Source of the DNA: Lama glama
Lineage: Eukaryota
Assembly (NCBI GenBank): GCA_028534125.1
Contig: CM052817.1
Coordinates: forward strand, 62,064,001-62,128,000
Direction of reading: 5' to 3'
DNA: 64,000 nucleotides
In this document: positions 1-11,450 of the stretch, in pieces
Position numbering within the stretch: position 1 is the stretch's first letter
Layout: every line of letters starts with the position of its first letter
The notes under the pieces: generated by a model
The model's database searches: none
The model's input: only the letters and a program-made list of their open reading frames with translations
What the model was told of the DNA's origin: nothing
Program-made: the position numbers and the translations under genes

Positions 1-527
1 CTATATACAATAGCCAAGACATGGAAACATGTCCATTGACAGATGACCCAATAAAGAAGTTGTGGTATATTTATACAATGGAATACTACTCAGCCATGAA
101 AAGGGAATGAAATAATGCCATTTGCAGCCACATGGATGGCCCTGGAGATCATCATTCTAAGTGAAGCCAGAAGAGAAAGAAAAATACCATATGCTATCAT
201 TCATATATGGAATATAAAAATAAAGATACAAATGAACATATTGACAAAATAGAAACAGACTCATAGACAAAGAAAACAAACTTTTGGTTATCAGAGGGGA
301 AAGGGGGTGGGAAGGGATAAACTAGGAGTTCTTGATTTACTATATATAAAACAGATAAACAACAAATTTCTTCTGTATAGCACAGGGAGCTATATTCAAT
401 ATCTTGTAGTAATGTATAATGAAAATGAATATATGTTTGTATATGTATGACTGAAACATTATGCTGTACACTAGAAATTGACACAACATTGTAAATTGAC
501 TATACTACAATTTAAAACAAAAGAAAA
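1..527 (+). mobile_element. LINE-1 3' end (end of ORF2, 3' UTR, A-rich tail), cetartiodactyl/camelid type; runs off the window start
   Basis: Typical L1 motifs: atggaatactactcagccat, ccatttgcagccacatggatgg, G-rich tract 296-316, tgtatagcacagggagctatattcaatatcttgta; ends in an A-rich tail. Confidence 0.93.
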
Positions 528-529
528 CC

Positions 530-700
530 CTCCGATTTACCATTTCCTGAACAAGTGACTTGGGTAATTTAGCTAAAGTTTCATTTCCATGCTTCTGTAT
601 CATTATTTGCTAAATAAGGATAATAACATGATCTACCTCATAGGGTTGTTGGAGGCATCACAGGAGTTAACACTACAGTAAGCATGCCAAAAATGCAGGT
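530..700 (+). mobile_element. MIR SINE fragment
   Basis: gtgacttgggtaattt...aaataaggataataac...ctacctcatagggttgttggagg resembles the MIR core. Confidence 0.7.
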
Positions 701-2214
701 TACTGGGACACAGAGTTTTTTTAAAGACAAAAAATGAAGATGAAAGATTTTGATTTTATTCCTGTTATTATTTTGTAACCTCTTCTTACTTTAAAAATAT
801 ATGTATTTTTGACCACTCTTACAAATTTACCACAAGCACTTTCATAATATCATAGTTATATGCAGAGAGACAGGTCAGAATGATCTTTGAGCAAATCCTT
901 CTCAGCAGAAGGATTATCTTGGCAATCTCTTTAGTTTTGTCAAGGTATGGCTATCCCTTACTGCATGAGGTCATTTAAGCAGAGAAATCCTAAGTGAGCA
1001 AAGTCTCTGTAAAGGGAAATACAATTTCAGCCATTCTTTTTTATTTCTTGGTTTTGGGGAATTTATATGACAAACATACTTGTATTCAGACAGTTCTGCT
1101 AAAAGGTTTTATAAAAATAAGTACTTTAGAGCTAGAACTCCAAAGACATCCATTATAGAGGAGAGGAAGAAAAAAAAAAGCTACTCTTATATTCACACTG
1201 CATCTTTAGTTTCAGAAAAAATGATTATATGTCATCACAATATTTTTTAAGGTACGTCTTAGGGATAAATAATAAGAAACATGCCAACTTTATGGATGAG
1301 GGACCTGACATACCAAAAAGTTAAGGCTCTTTTCTCAGAGTATGAAAAAAGAATGCAATGACTGCAGGCAAGCTTTTTTGCAAATAAGTAGTCTAGCCAT
1401 AAACTTCCCATTTCATACAGCATAAAACATTACTTCAATGACATATTTTAGTCCAGTGGGTTACCAGCCCTGCCTATAGCACGTAGATGGATGATTTCCC
1501 CCAAAATGTAACTTATGAGACAGTGTTCTATCAATTAGATGTCTGCCTTTCAGAACAAATATTAGCTATAAATTTCTACAGATTCATGGTGCCTCCACAA
1601 ATCTAAGGAACTTCTGTCTAAATACAAAAGTAACTATGTTTGGAAAAATATAGACTGATACAATTAGGTAGGTGTTATAGTTTTTAATCCTGAAATAGAA
1701 ACTACATGATGAACTATTTAATATAATGGTTAAGATTTACATGAAACAGGGAGAAATTTATTGTTAAAAATTTGTCTTATTGTCTAAAACTGTCTACATG
1801 GTGTGATTAATCTCATCTAATTAAAAATCTGGCCCCTGCAATTTACAATGGGCTTACTGGGGGCTTAAGTGGTTATACAAGGGATCAAATCACAACTCAG
1901 AGATGCACGTTAGTAAAGAAGCCATTTATTCTGGTGTCTTGGCAAGCCTGCTGAGCTCTACCAAGGTGTTGGCATTAGGCTGCCAGATACTGTCATGGCA
2001 TAACCTAAATCTTTCAGAACGCCTGGTTAAAGAAATGCATTATTTGGTTAAATGGTATATTTAATTTTGTTTATGCCAAGTAGAGTAGACAGGTAGGAAA
2101 TGGAAAAGTAACATACAAAGCCACAAATAATGACTTCTGTATATATAAACTATCATCATAATTCACAAGACACATATATATTTAACTGGAAGTATTACTA
2201 CACCTACTAGAGGA

Positions 2215-2440
2215 ATGTTAATTCATTCCTTTATATTTATTGAGTTCTTACACTGTGCCAGGCATCACTGTAGTCATTTTCAATTCATCAGTGAACAAAC
2301 CAGACAAAAATCTTTGCGCATGTGGGTCTTACTTTCTAAGGGACTAGGAGGAATAGACCACAAGCCATGAATATAAAAAATAAGTAAATATACAGTTGGT
2401 TAGAAGTTGATAAGTGGTATGGAGAAAATAAGTACAAAAG
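2215..2440 (-). mobile_element. L2 LINE 3' fragment
   Basis: attcattc...atatttattgagttcttacactgtgccaggca...gtgaacaaaccagacaaaaatc is the reverse complement of the L2 3' end. Confidence 0.75.
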
Positions 2441-2749
2441 TGCAATGGGGGCTTGAAGTTTGAAGTGGGGAGGGGACGAGGGGGCAGTCACTTCAGTCTA
2501 TCTGATGTCCTCAAATTCCCTGGATGATAAAACATTTCCACTAAGAGAACAAATCAGGAAAATATCACCACACTTAGTGACAACTGCCAATATTCTAGTG
2601 AATCCAAGGAATCTTTGGAATATGAATGATGACGGTAGATAATTATATGAATAAAATGTACGCTATATGTTGGTAAAAAAAAAAGAGAGAACAAATCATT
2701 AGCATTAAATAGCATCATCACTTTGCCTTATCATATGCTTTCAATTTAA

Positions 2750-3200
2750 TTCAATTGCCCTCCATTTACTTATGTCTTCCATTACTAAGTACCAGCCACA
2801 TCCAAGGTACCATTTTTAGGCACTGAGGATATAATGATGAAGAAAATAAAGTGCCTACTCTTGTGAAGCTTATATTCCAGTGGTGGAGACAATCGACATA
2901 AAAGATCATGAAGAGAAATGCTCTCAAGAAAAATAAAACAGGCTTGGGGTTAGGAGAGTGACAGTGTTGGCGTCAATCGGTTTTAGGTAAATTGGTCAGG
3001 GCTGACCCCTCTGGAGAGGTGACACCTCAGCGGAAATCTGCATGAAGGAAGGAAGTGAGCCACAAGTAGTGTTGTGGAAGAATGTTCTGGGGAGGAAACA
3101 AGAGTTACTGCAAATAGCCCGTATCTAGAGTGAGTGTATTACAGTCTAAAAACAAAGAAACTGGTATGATTGGAGCAGACCAAGTAACAGGACAGAGGCA
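2750..3200 (-). mobile_element. L2 LINE fragment
   Basis: taggcactgaggatataatgatgaag...gcttatattccagtggtggagac...ctctggagaggtgacacc...gaagtgagcca resembles reverse-complement L2. Confidence 0.75.
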
Positions 3201-3389
3201 GGAACCCAAGGCCTTCTCACACATCTGCTGTATAAGTCATAGTGAGCCTGTAACATCATATATGTGGAAAATAAGATATTTTTCTGAACTGCCACCTGAC
3301 ATGAAAATCATTGCCACTTCCTCTCTTATTTGTATTAAGTGTCTTGTTAAAAGCATGGAATACATTGGTGGTCTGACCTGCTTCTCCAA

Positions 3390-3735
3390 ATATGAGCTTT
3401 GAACTCGGGCAGGTTTTTTAATCTCCCTTTGTCCTCAGTTTTCTCATCTGTAAAATGAGGATGATAACACCTGTCACACAAAACTGTTGCAAGGACTGAA
3501 TAAGCTAATTCATGTAAGTATTGTCAAAGGGCACAAACTTCCGGCTACAAGATGAGTAAGTTCTGGGGGTATTTGTGCACAGTATGGGTACTACAGTTAA
3601 TAATACTGTATTACATAATTGAAATTTGCTGAGAGAGTAGATCTTTAGTGTTTTCACCATACACACACACAAAGGTAGCTATGTGAGGTGAAAAAATTAA
3701 ATGCTTGGAACAGGGCATCTATTATTATTATTATT
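3390..3735 (+). mobile_element. MIR SINE interrupted by an L1 fragment
   Basis: cctcagttttctcatctgtaaaatgaggatgataacac (MIR core); MIR-like sequence resumes at ~3698 (aaatgcttggaacag...attattatt). Confidence 0.8.
3523..3692 (+). mobile_element. L1 3' UTR fragment (L1MA9/10-like), truncated at both ends
   Basis: gtcaaagggcacaaacttcc...acagttaataatactgtatt...gaaatttgctgagagagtagatctt...tatgtgaggtga. Confidence 0.8.
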
Positions 3736-3736
3736 C

Positions 3737-4043
3737 CACAGCCCATCTGTCCAACACAAGCCACATGTGGCTGTGGAGCAGTGGGCATGTGGCTAGTCTT
3801 AACTGAGAAGCACTGTAAGTGTAAGCACACCACGTCTCAAAGATTAGTATGGAAAAAAGAATGTAAATTATTTCATGAATACCTGTTTATATTGGTTATT
3901 TTGTCAAAATGATAGTTTAAATATAGTAGACCAAGTAACATATATTATTAAAATTAATTCTGCCTCTTCTACTTTTTTAAGGGTGGCTACTAGCAAAGTT
4001 GAACTGACATGTGGCTGGCATTATATTTCTTTGGACACTGTTG
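3737..4043. mobile_element. MER33-like hAT-Charlie non-autonomous DNA transposon
   Basis: Terminal repeats tgtccaa / ttggaca; gccacatgtggct motif; tattattaaaattaatt...gtggctactag body. Confidence 0.8.
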
Positions 4044-4479
4044 TTCTGGACAGAGTGTTGGACACTACAGACTCACAGATGCAAACAAGGTTTTGTCCAA
4101 ACCCTCCGGTGGCTCACAAGGTGGTTCTGATCTCACAGAAGTGGATGGATGATCTATGAGAGGAGGGCAGAGAGGGCCACCCTGATTCTCCTTAATTCTT
4201 CCCAGGAACTATCTTATTTCAATCTGCAGGCAGTGGCTTTTGTGATGGTGGCTGTGATTTATTGGTTTGCACATATAATAAAGAAAAAAATCCTTAGGAA
4301 TGATCCTGACATTCCCAAGAAGAAGGACTGTTTGTGCACATAAATTCACTGTAACTCCTGAATTGAGGAGAAGGGTGACCATATAGAGGGCTCCTCCATC
4401 CTCGGGCATAGGGGAAAAATTACAGTCTAATCATACATGAATCAGCGGAGAACTTCAACCTCTAGGACTGACAGCCCAG

Positions 4480-4710
4480 GCCCGGGACATTTGCTGAGCC
4501 TTTGCTTTGTGTCTGGCACATGCCACGTGCTTTACAAGTTTATTCTAGTTTAATCTGAAAATAACCCTATCATTTTCATCTCACGGTTGATGGGACTAAG
4601 TCTCCAAGGGGTTAAGTCGCTTGACCAAGGTCACACTAGTAAGTAATGGAACGGGGATTTGAATATGTCAACCTGGCCCCCAAACGTGTGTTCTCTCCGC
4701 TCCACTATGC
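4480..4710 (-). mobile_element. MIR SINE
   Basis: ggttaagtcgcttgaccaaggtcacactagtaagtaatggaacggggatttgaa is reverse-complement MIR. Confidence 0.8.
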
Positions 4711-6216
4711 TCTTTTCCCACTTCACCCACTGTCCCCTGACAACCGCAGCCACGACATCATCAACATCACAGTATCAACAACAGCAGCCGAACTGAAACT
4801 ATTTCCTGAAGAAAGACAGTGTTTGCTGACATTTTGCCTGCACTACGTTTTCCTACCTTAACACTCAGAATTTTCCCATTGGTCCAGAAGAGGGGACACT
4901 GGAGGAAACAACCCAGTGAAACTGGCAGCTGTATCACCATGAGAGTGCCGCTTTGGACAGTCTTTATAGGGTCTACTTGGGTTCTCTCAGAAAAAGCTCC
5001 TCTCTCTGCAGTGGAAGCTGCAGCACCAAGGACACCTGCCTGGCACTGCCCTGTGGTCAACGTGCCCGCATCCTAGCGCGGGCAACTTACGTCTTCAGCT
5101 CGTGCCTGGCCAGACCCTCACTTTCCTTTTTCCTGTTTTTCCTCTGCCCTGATTGTCTCACACACTTACTTTTCTATTTTATGTAGTTTGAATGTATAAA
5201 AGATAAGCAAACTTAAAAACATGAATGAATAGCTAGTATCCATTTCTGCTTTATAAACTTCTGCAAATAGAGCTTTTTCATGAAAGAACTATGGGCCCCT
5301 GCGTAAGACACATCATGAGTATAACATGAGTTGGGTGAGAGGTAACTGCACCTATTTTACTTCCACATCATGGTCATCCTTACCTGAGGCAAGTTTACAC
5401 TTTAAGTGCAGCTAATGTGATGGCCATCTGTCAAACATTACAGGGCAAGACACCACAGCTGGCTTGAAACAGAGCAACTAGAAAATCTACAGTCTTTTTG
5501 CAACATTAGCAAGGACTTGTTTGGCAGGACCAGCCCTGACAGAGAGAATTTGAAATTTAACTTTTTTTTTATCATGATGTAAATCTATATGGATAAATCT
5601 TCGTATGTTGGATGTGGTTCCTTGACCACACACAAATGAGTCAGTGAATTATGGAAGTACAAGCAAACTGCTCTTCATTCTTCATACATGAAGATGAAAA
5701 GGTGTTATGGGCAAATTAATCTCTTACGAGAAGAAGAGTTTGTCTTCTTATTTGAAAATGTCAAACTACGTTTAAAAGCTGTGAAGTAAATAGCAAAGTT
5801 TATGCAATTTGTTGCAAAGAAAAATGGGGTTGTTATATGTTTTTAATTTTTATGTGGAGAATAAGGCTATATAAAGAGAATATTACCTATATACTCTTAT
5901 ATTATGTATATATGAAATGGGTACAACACAAGAGTCGTCATTTGGAATTAGGAAGCCCTTAGACTTCGGCTTTTAAGCAAGCCAGTTTAGTAGAGTGTAG
6001 ACTGGCAACTTAAAATAGTTATTAGACTTGACATTAATAAACATATAGCAATGAAAGATACTGTTTTGTATCACTGTTCCTCTTGGATTATAATTAGCAG
6101 CTAATTTTGAATTCATTTAATTATTTGACCAAAACAATCAGTCTTTTGTTTCTTTTTAAAATGTTTAAAAGTATCTTTTTGTTCTTCATAATTAATAAAA
6201 TACATTCTTCAAGATT

Positions 6217-6664
6217 TGTGGTAGACAGCTGTGGTGGATGCTGTGGTATGCCACTGACATCCCTTTTCAGGACAGATCCCACGTGTTGGGAGTGTTGATG
6301 GTGAAGGTTCTCAGCCTCTCTTTCCTGGAATTGCCTTCAGTTGAGAAGAGCTGACTTATACCAGGTCACAGAATTTGGTGGGGGTGAGGAATAAAGGAGG
6401 CACCCATATCCATTGACTAGTCAGTGTGGGGGCCAAAGGTCCACTCACCTCCTATGCTTCGAGGTGGGATGACTCTGAAGGGCCATCCCAACTCCAGAGA
6501 TCCCCATGGGCTAATCTTTTGTTACACCTGCATTGCAGTTCAGTTTCTCTCTCTGCCCATTTCTATTCCTCCACAGATACTGTTCCTAAGAGCATTATCT
6601 GATATATTGCCCACATGCATGTCTCCGTCTCAAAGTCTGTTTCATAGAGAATCCACATAAGACA
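6217..6664 (+). mobile_element. LTR16-family (ERVL) solo LTR
   Basis: Starts tgtggt..., contains gggatgactctgaagggccatcccaactccagagatcccc and ends gtctcaaagtctgtttc...cataagaca. Confidence 0.8.
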
Positions 6665-6749
6665 AAGAGAAAATCCCTTTAGACATGCCCAGTGAGGAAT
6701 TATTAATATAGCGCATTTTAATAAACTTCACCAAGAATTCTTTTCAATG

Positions 6750-7030
6750 GTTTCAATTCAATACAATTTATTAAACATCTTTGGTGTTCTATGCCTTGTG
6801 CTAAGCACTAAAGATATAAAGTTAAGCAAAGCTGAATTAAGCAAAATTGACCTCAAGGAACTCAATGGCATGAAACCCAGACATTACAACAAGTGAATAT
6901 AATTCAAAAGAGAAAAGCTCTCTATTAAGAGGATGGACAAACTTCTCTGAAAGGTTTGAGAAAGGAATACCTTTCGCTCTGGAGGCTGATGAGGCAGGAA
7001 TGACTTCATTAAGGACACCTGAAAGAAATC
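6750..7030 (-). mobile_element. L2 LINE 3' fragment
   Basis: attcaatacaatttattaaacatc...tgtgctaagcactaaagatataaag...cctcaaggaactca. Confidence 0.65.
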
Positions 7031-7059
7031 CTTCAAAATGCCTAGGCCTTTTGAATAAT

Positions 7060-7820
7060 TCTTTCCTTTCTTTCTCTCTCATCCTACATCCAATCTCTCA
7101 AAAAAGAGCTATTATCTCTGCCTTTAAATATATCTAGAATATATCTTGACCTCTTCCAATCTATGCTAGCCTAACATCTCTCATAGCCTCAGCCTCATAA
7201 TGGTCTCCCTGCTTCTGCTCTTGCTTCTCATGGTCTAGTCTCAATGCAGCAGTCAGGTGATTCTGCTAAAATGGAAGTCATGTCATGAATTCCTCTGCTC
7301 TGAAAACATTCCAAAGTTCTCATGTCATATTAAGAACCAAAGATACCACACTCAGAGGCCCTAGGCCATCTCCACACTGGCCTTCCTGTCCTTACTTCCA
7401 GGCCTTATCTTTCTTAACTTTTTAAGAGCCTGCTCTCACTCACTGTCTTCGCCACCCTGGCCAATTCAGTTTTCTTAGAACCACCCGCTGCCCAGCACAT
7501 CCCTGCCTCAGGGCATTTGTACTTGTGACTCCTCCGTCCCTTCCGTCAGGTTTTTTTCAGCTGTTAGCTTCTTCTGGATATCTTCCCTGACCACCCTATC
7601 CAGCACAACATAACTCCTTTTCCCACATATCTTTCCTCATAGCATTTACCACCCATTCTGTGCCTGATTACTTCTTTCATTTGGAGTGTGTCCTTGCTCA
7701 CCAGACATAAGCTTCCTGAGAGCAGGCATCATTACATGTTTTGATTCTGGTTCTAAACCCAATACATACAATTGTCTCAAGAGTAAATGCTTACTAACTA
7801 CTTGTGAAATAAATGAATTT
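7060..7820 (+). mobile_element. L2 LINE 3' portion
   Basis: aatggtctccctgcttct...gcagcagtcaggtgatt...cctgcctcagggcatttgtacttg...taagcttcctgagagcagg...aaataaatgaat. Confidence 0.85.
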
Positions 7821-7983
7821 ATTACAAATAATGGAAGGAAGTAAGAGAAAGCGGAAGACTTTTGGTATGAACTAGAAAGCATAGTAATGGAAGTATTTCT
7901 AATATAGTGTGACTGGACTGGAGACATTCTTTGTGGTCAGAGCTGGAAACATAGGTTACATTATGTAAACAATGAAATACGGT

Positions 7984-8373
7984 TGTTATGGACTAAATCC
8001 ATATGTGTCCCCCTAAAAATTCACCTGTTGAAGTCCTAACCCTCAGTACCTCAGGATGTGCCTTTATTTGGAGACAGGGTCTTTAAAGAGGTGACTAAGT
8101 TAAAATGAGGCTATTAAGTGGGCCTTAATCCAATATGACTGGCATCTTTATAAGAAGAGAAATTTGGACCTGGATAGGCTCAGAAGGAAGACCACGTGAA
8201 GACATGGAGAAGACAACCATCTACAAGCCAGTGAGAGAGACTTCAGAAGAAGCCAATACTGCCAGCACCTTGATCTTGGACTTATTACAGCTTCCAGAAC
8301 TGTGAGAAAACAAATCCTGTTGTTCAGGCCACTCTGTGGAATTTTGTTATGGCAGCTCTAGCAAACTATTGCA
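7984..8373 (+). mobile_element. MLT1A/B-type MaLR solo LTR, inserted into a minus-strand L2
   Basis: tgttatggact start; tgttgaagtcctaaccctcagtacctcag; ccttaatccaatatgactgg; tccagaactgtgagaaaa; ends ttgttatggcagctctagcaaactattgca. Confidence 0.9.
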
Positions 8374-8379
8374 ATAATA

Positions 8380-8650
8380 CTTATCACTGTGAGAAATTTT
8401 GACTTTCTCTCACAAGCCACTGTAAAATTTTAAGCAGAGATGGAGGTGAGCAGAGGTGAGACCTGAGTCTTAGGAAGACTGCATTTGTGGTAATGCAGAG
8501 GAAGGACTGGAAAAGAGGGAGGTCTTCAGCCATGGAGACTAACTGGAAGTGTTTGCAATAGTTGGGATCTAGATCAAGCAGAAGGGAAGGAAGAGGTGAG
8601 AGTAGAATTGGGGGAAGCCTGTGAGCCAACATTGTTGGGACTTAGTGACC
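8380..8650 (-). mobile_element. L2 fragment (continues the L2 split by the MLT1 LTR)
   Basis: aagccactgtaaaattttaagcagag...tttgtggtaatgcagaggaaggactgga...ttgcaatagtt. Confidence 0.6.
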
Positions 8651-8849
8651 TGTTAGAGGTAAGTGATACTGACATCAACACAAAATGAAATTTAGTAAAA
8701 TACAGACATGCAAAGGAATTCAGACAATGAAATTTACATGGATTTCAGTGGTCTCACACTTGAGAAAATTTCTCAATATGGAAACTTCAGACAGATTAAA
8801 GCAGCATTTTTGATGCTCAAGATGTGAACAGCACTCACTGAGAAAAGGT

Positions 8850-9072
8850 CTGCAGAAAGAGCTGCAGGCTACATCTCCCCCTTGGGGATAACATGCACAT
8901 TAGCATATTAAAGAATATGAAAAATTTTGCAAAGAAACCTCCTTAATTTTGTCCAAAAAAAAAGTATTTCCCACATTTATTGATTATGGAATACTTTTTT
9001 TTGTGAGGCACCTTTTAACCTCTCCCTGAATATGAGTACTCCAGAAGTTAACAGAGTTTGGAAAATAGTGGT
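8850..9072. mobile_element. MER112/Charlie-like hAT DNA transposon fragment
   Basis: tgcacattagcatattaaag...tttgcaaagaaacc...tttcccacatttattga...agtttggaaaatagtg. Confidence 0.6.
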
Positions 9073-9484
9073 GTATTTTGGTACACTAGAACAGTTCTAA
9101 AATAAATAGAGACACTTTGTCTGGGTAATTTCTATTTCTAATAGCAAAACTGGTCAGCACTGTCCTAACAAACTGGTAGAATAAACTCATTAAAGGAATA
9201 TAGTTGGTTTTCCCATAGCCTAATCACTACCAGATTAAAAAAGAAGATTCAATCTTTTGAAAGTAGCACTAATTCTTTCACATTGCTAAAGGGAAATTAC
9301 TCAGTGCCTTGAAACACACAAATAAAATGAAATCCTGGTGACGTAAGGGGAAAGTGTGGCTCTAATGTAGAAATCTCGGAGAAGTTTTTCATCAGGGTTC
9401 TTTGACATTAGAGCAATTATGGTCCAAATTTTTCCGTATCTCATCAGTTTCTGAAATCCACAGTGTCCCTGCACAATGACTCAC

Positions 9485-9628
9485 ATGCGATGCGCACGTA
9501 GGCCTTCCGGCTCTTGGTGGTGCCCGCAGAGCTCCAGGCTACACACTGGCACCAGTAATCTTCAGGTCCAAAGAGTTCTTCTACTTGTTGGCGTGAAATC
9601 TCAATGCTCACTTCACGGACAATGAGAC
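9485..9628 (-). CDS. UNC5C: UNC5C coding exon 3, 144 bp, phase 1-1; C-terminal part of Ig domain 1
   Basis: Translates (G)[47 protein letters not shown](Y), in frame with exon 2 (split codon G|GT = Gly). Acceptor is tcttcctttcccttggcag (AG at 9630-9629), with a CTGAC branch-point candidate whose A is at 9654 (-26). Donor is T|gtgagt. Confidence 0.97.
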
Positions 9629-10739
9629 CTGCCAAGGGAAAGGAAGATTTAAGTCAGGAGAAGACTTGTACTAATGAAATACAAAACACCTTACCCAACT
9701 TTTTCCCCTTATGATCCTTCTGAGATGCCACAGACCAGCATCCTGGATATTGTCTCTCTCATCGCCTCTGATTTTCCTCTGGCTCCAGTTACTTGACTCA
9801 CAACTTTTTCATTCTCTTATTTGCTGTTTCAGATCTTCTGGATTCATCAGAAGATGAAAGCAGAGTAGATCTCTAACTCCACAAAATTCCATCTTTCCCC
9901 TTATGGCCTGACAGATCTTCACCTTCCTTCAGGGAGTGGGGTGTATTCAAACATCTCTGTATTCAAGTACGAACTTGGATTTTACTTCTTTGAAGGATTC
10001 TAAATTAATTATATCAGTTGTAAGATACCCATGTGCTGTACACAGCTTTATAGTAACTAAGTCTTCCTAATTCTTTACATGGAATAAGAAAGAATGACCT
10101 AAAACTATGATCAAAGTATATAGATCATACATATATATATATTTATATATACAAACATGTGTGCCAGGTTTTATTATGACCTAGTAGTTTATAAATATGT
10201 AATGATTTTTAAAAACTGTCATTTTAAACAGCTTTGCTTGTTATATCATTTTTCTTGAAAGAAATACTGGCCTTAGTTAACGGATCTCTGCTATCCTGTC
10301 CAAAGAATGTATGACTTTAAAGTTTTCATGAGCAATATTTTGAAAGCTAAAATGTTTCTCTATAATAATAATGTAACCAAAATCATGTGAAAAATAAAGT
10401 GGCCTCCAGTTAAAATGCTCAAATAATTGGAATTTATTTCACAGAATTATGTAATCCTAAATAACAAAAACTGAACTAAGAATCTAGGATTGTCATTTTA
10501 GGGGTATTTGTTTTGAGGTCCCAAAGTCTATTTTAGAGATTTATCCTGCAATAATGCCTCTTTGCATTGAGCAAGAAGGATTATCTGAACAATGTATGTG
10601 GGCAACAGCCAGTTCACCTGCACACTTCCAGCACAGACTGTCTATTGAGAGAACTGGTAGGGGCACACTTAGGGAGCAGGAAAACTTCCTCTGGGTCAAG
10701 TATGAGCACACTACAAAAGATTCAGTGTGTTTCTTTGTA

Positions 10740-11450
10740 CTGTTTATTCATCCATTCATTCATCCATTGATCAAATACCTACTGAATATCAATTATGTAG
10801 AAGATATTGTACTAGGTACTGGTGCAACCCTGATGAGTAAGAGTCATTGCTCTCAATGAACTTCTATTATTGAAAGGAGGACACGTATTAATTTATTATT
10901 TAATTACAGTTGTGTTCAATGCTGCAGAGGAGAAGTACGAGGACAATGAGAATGAGTAACAAGGGGACCCACCTTAGTATGAAGGATCCAACATGAGTTA
11001 GTTTGGTTAAATCATATGGGGAGAGAGTCAGGATATATAGGAAGAAGCAGGAAAGGGAACAGGAGATTGGGAAACCAGGAGAAGACAACAGAGACTGCTG
11101 GTATGAAACGGAACTGGAGACAAGAAAGAGACCAGTTTATCTACATTCTTGTAAACCAGTGGTTCTCAAAATGTGGCCCGCAAAACAGCTTCGTCCATAT
11201 CACCTGGGAACTTGTTGGAAATGCAGATTCTTGGGCCCCACTCCAGACTCACTGGATAAGAAAAACTGAGAGTCTGGCCAAGCAATATTTTAACAAACCC
11301 TCCCTCCAAGAATTTTGATTCATGCTACAGTTTGAGAACCACTTTTATACACCATGTTTAGGAGTTGGGATTTCTTTCTGAGAGCCAAGTGTTTCAAGCA
11401 AGAAGGACTAACAAATAATAGATGCTATGATATGTATGAGATATGGAGTT
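10740..11450 (-). mobile_element. Degraded L2 (interrupted by MER5A)
   Basis: attcatccattcattcatccattgatcaaatacctactgaatatcaattatgt...gtactaggtactgg is an L2 3' end in reverse complement. Confidence 0.6.
11157..11344. mobile_element. MER5A hAT-Charlie MITE, full length
   Basis: TIRs cagtggttctcaaa / tttgagaaccact; body atcacctgggaacttgttggaaatgcagattcttgggcccc; degenerate 8-bp TSD ttgtaaac (11149-11156) / ttatacac (11345-11352). Confidence 0.92.

Larger units (their letters stand above)
1..9484 (-). other. UNC5C: UNC5C intron 3, 5' portion (exon 4 outside the window)
   Basis: Lies downstream of the exon 3 donor; the expected next peptide (LRKTFEQEP...) is not seen. Confidence 0.85.

Noticed and set aside
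5374..5392. U1 snRNA-like start (atccttacctg)
   Set aside because: The similarity is limited to ~10 nt and is simply the complement of a 5' splice-site-like motif.
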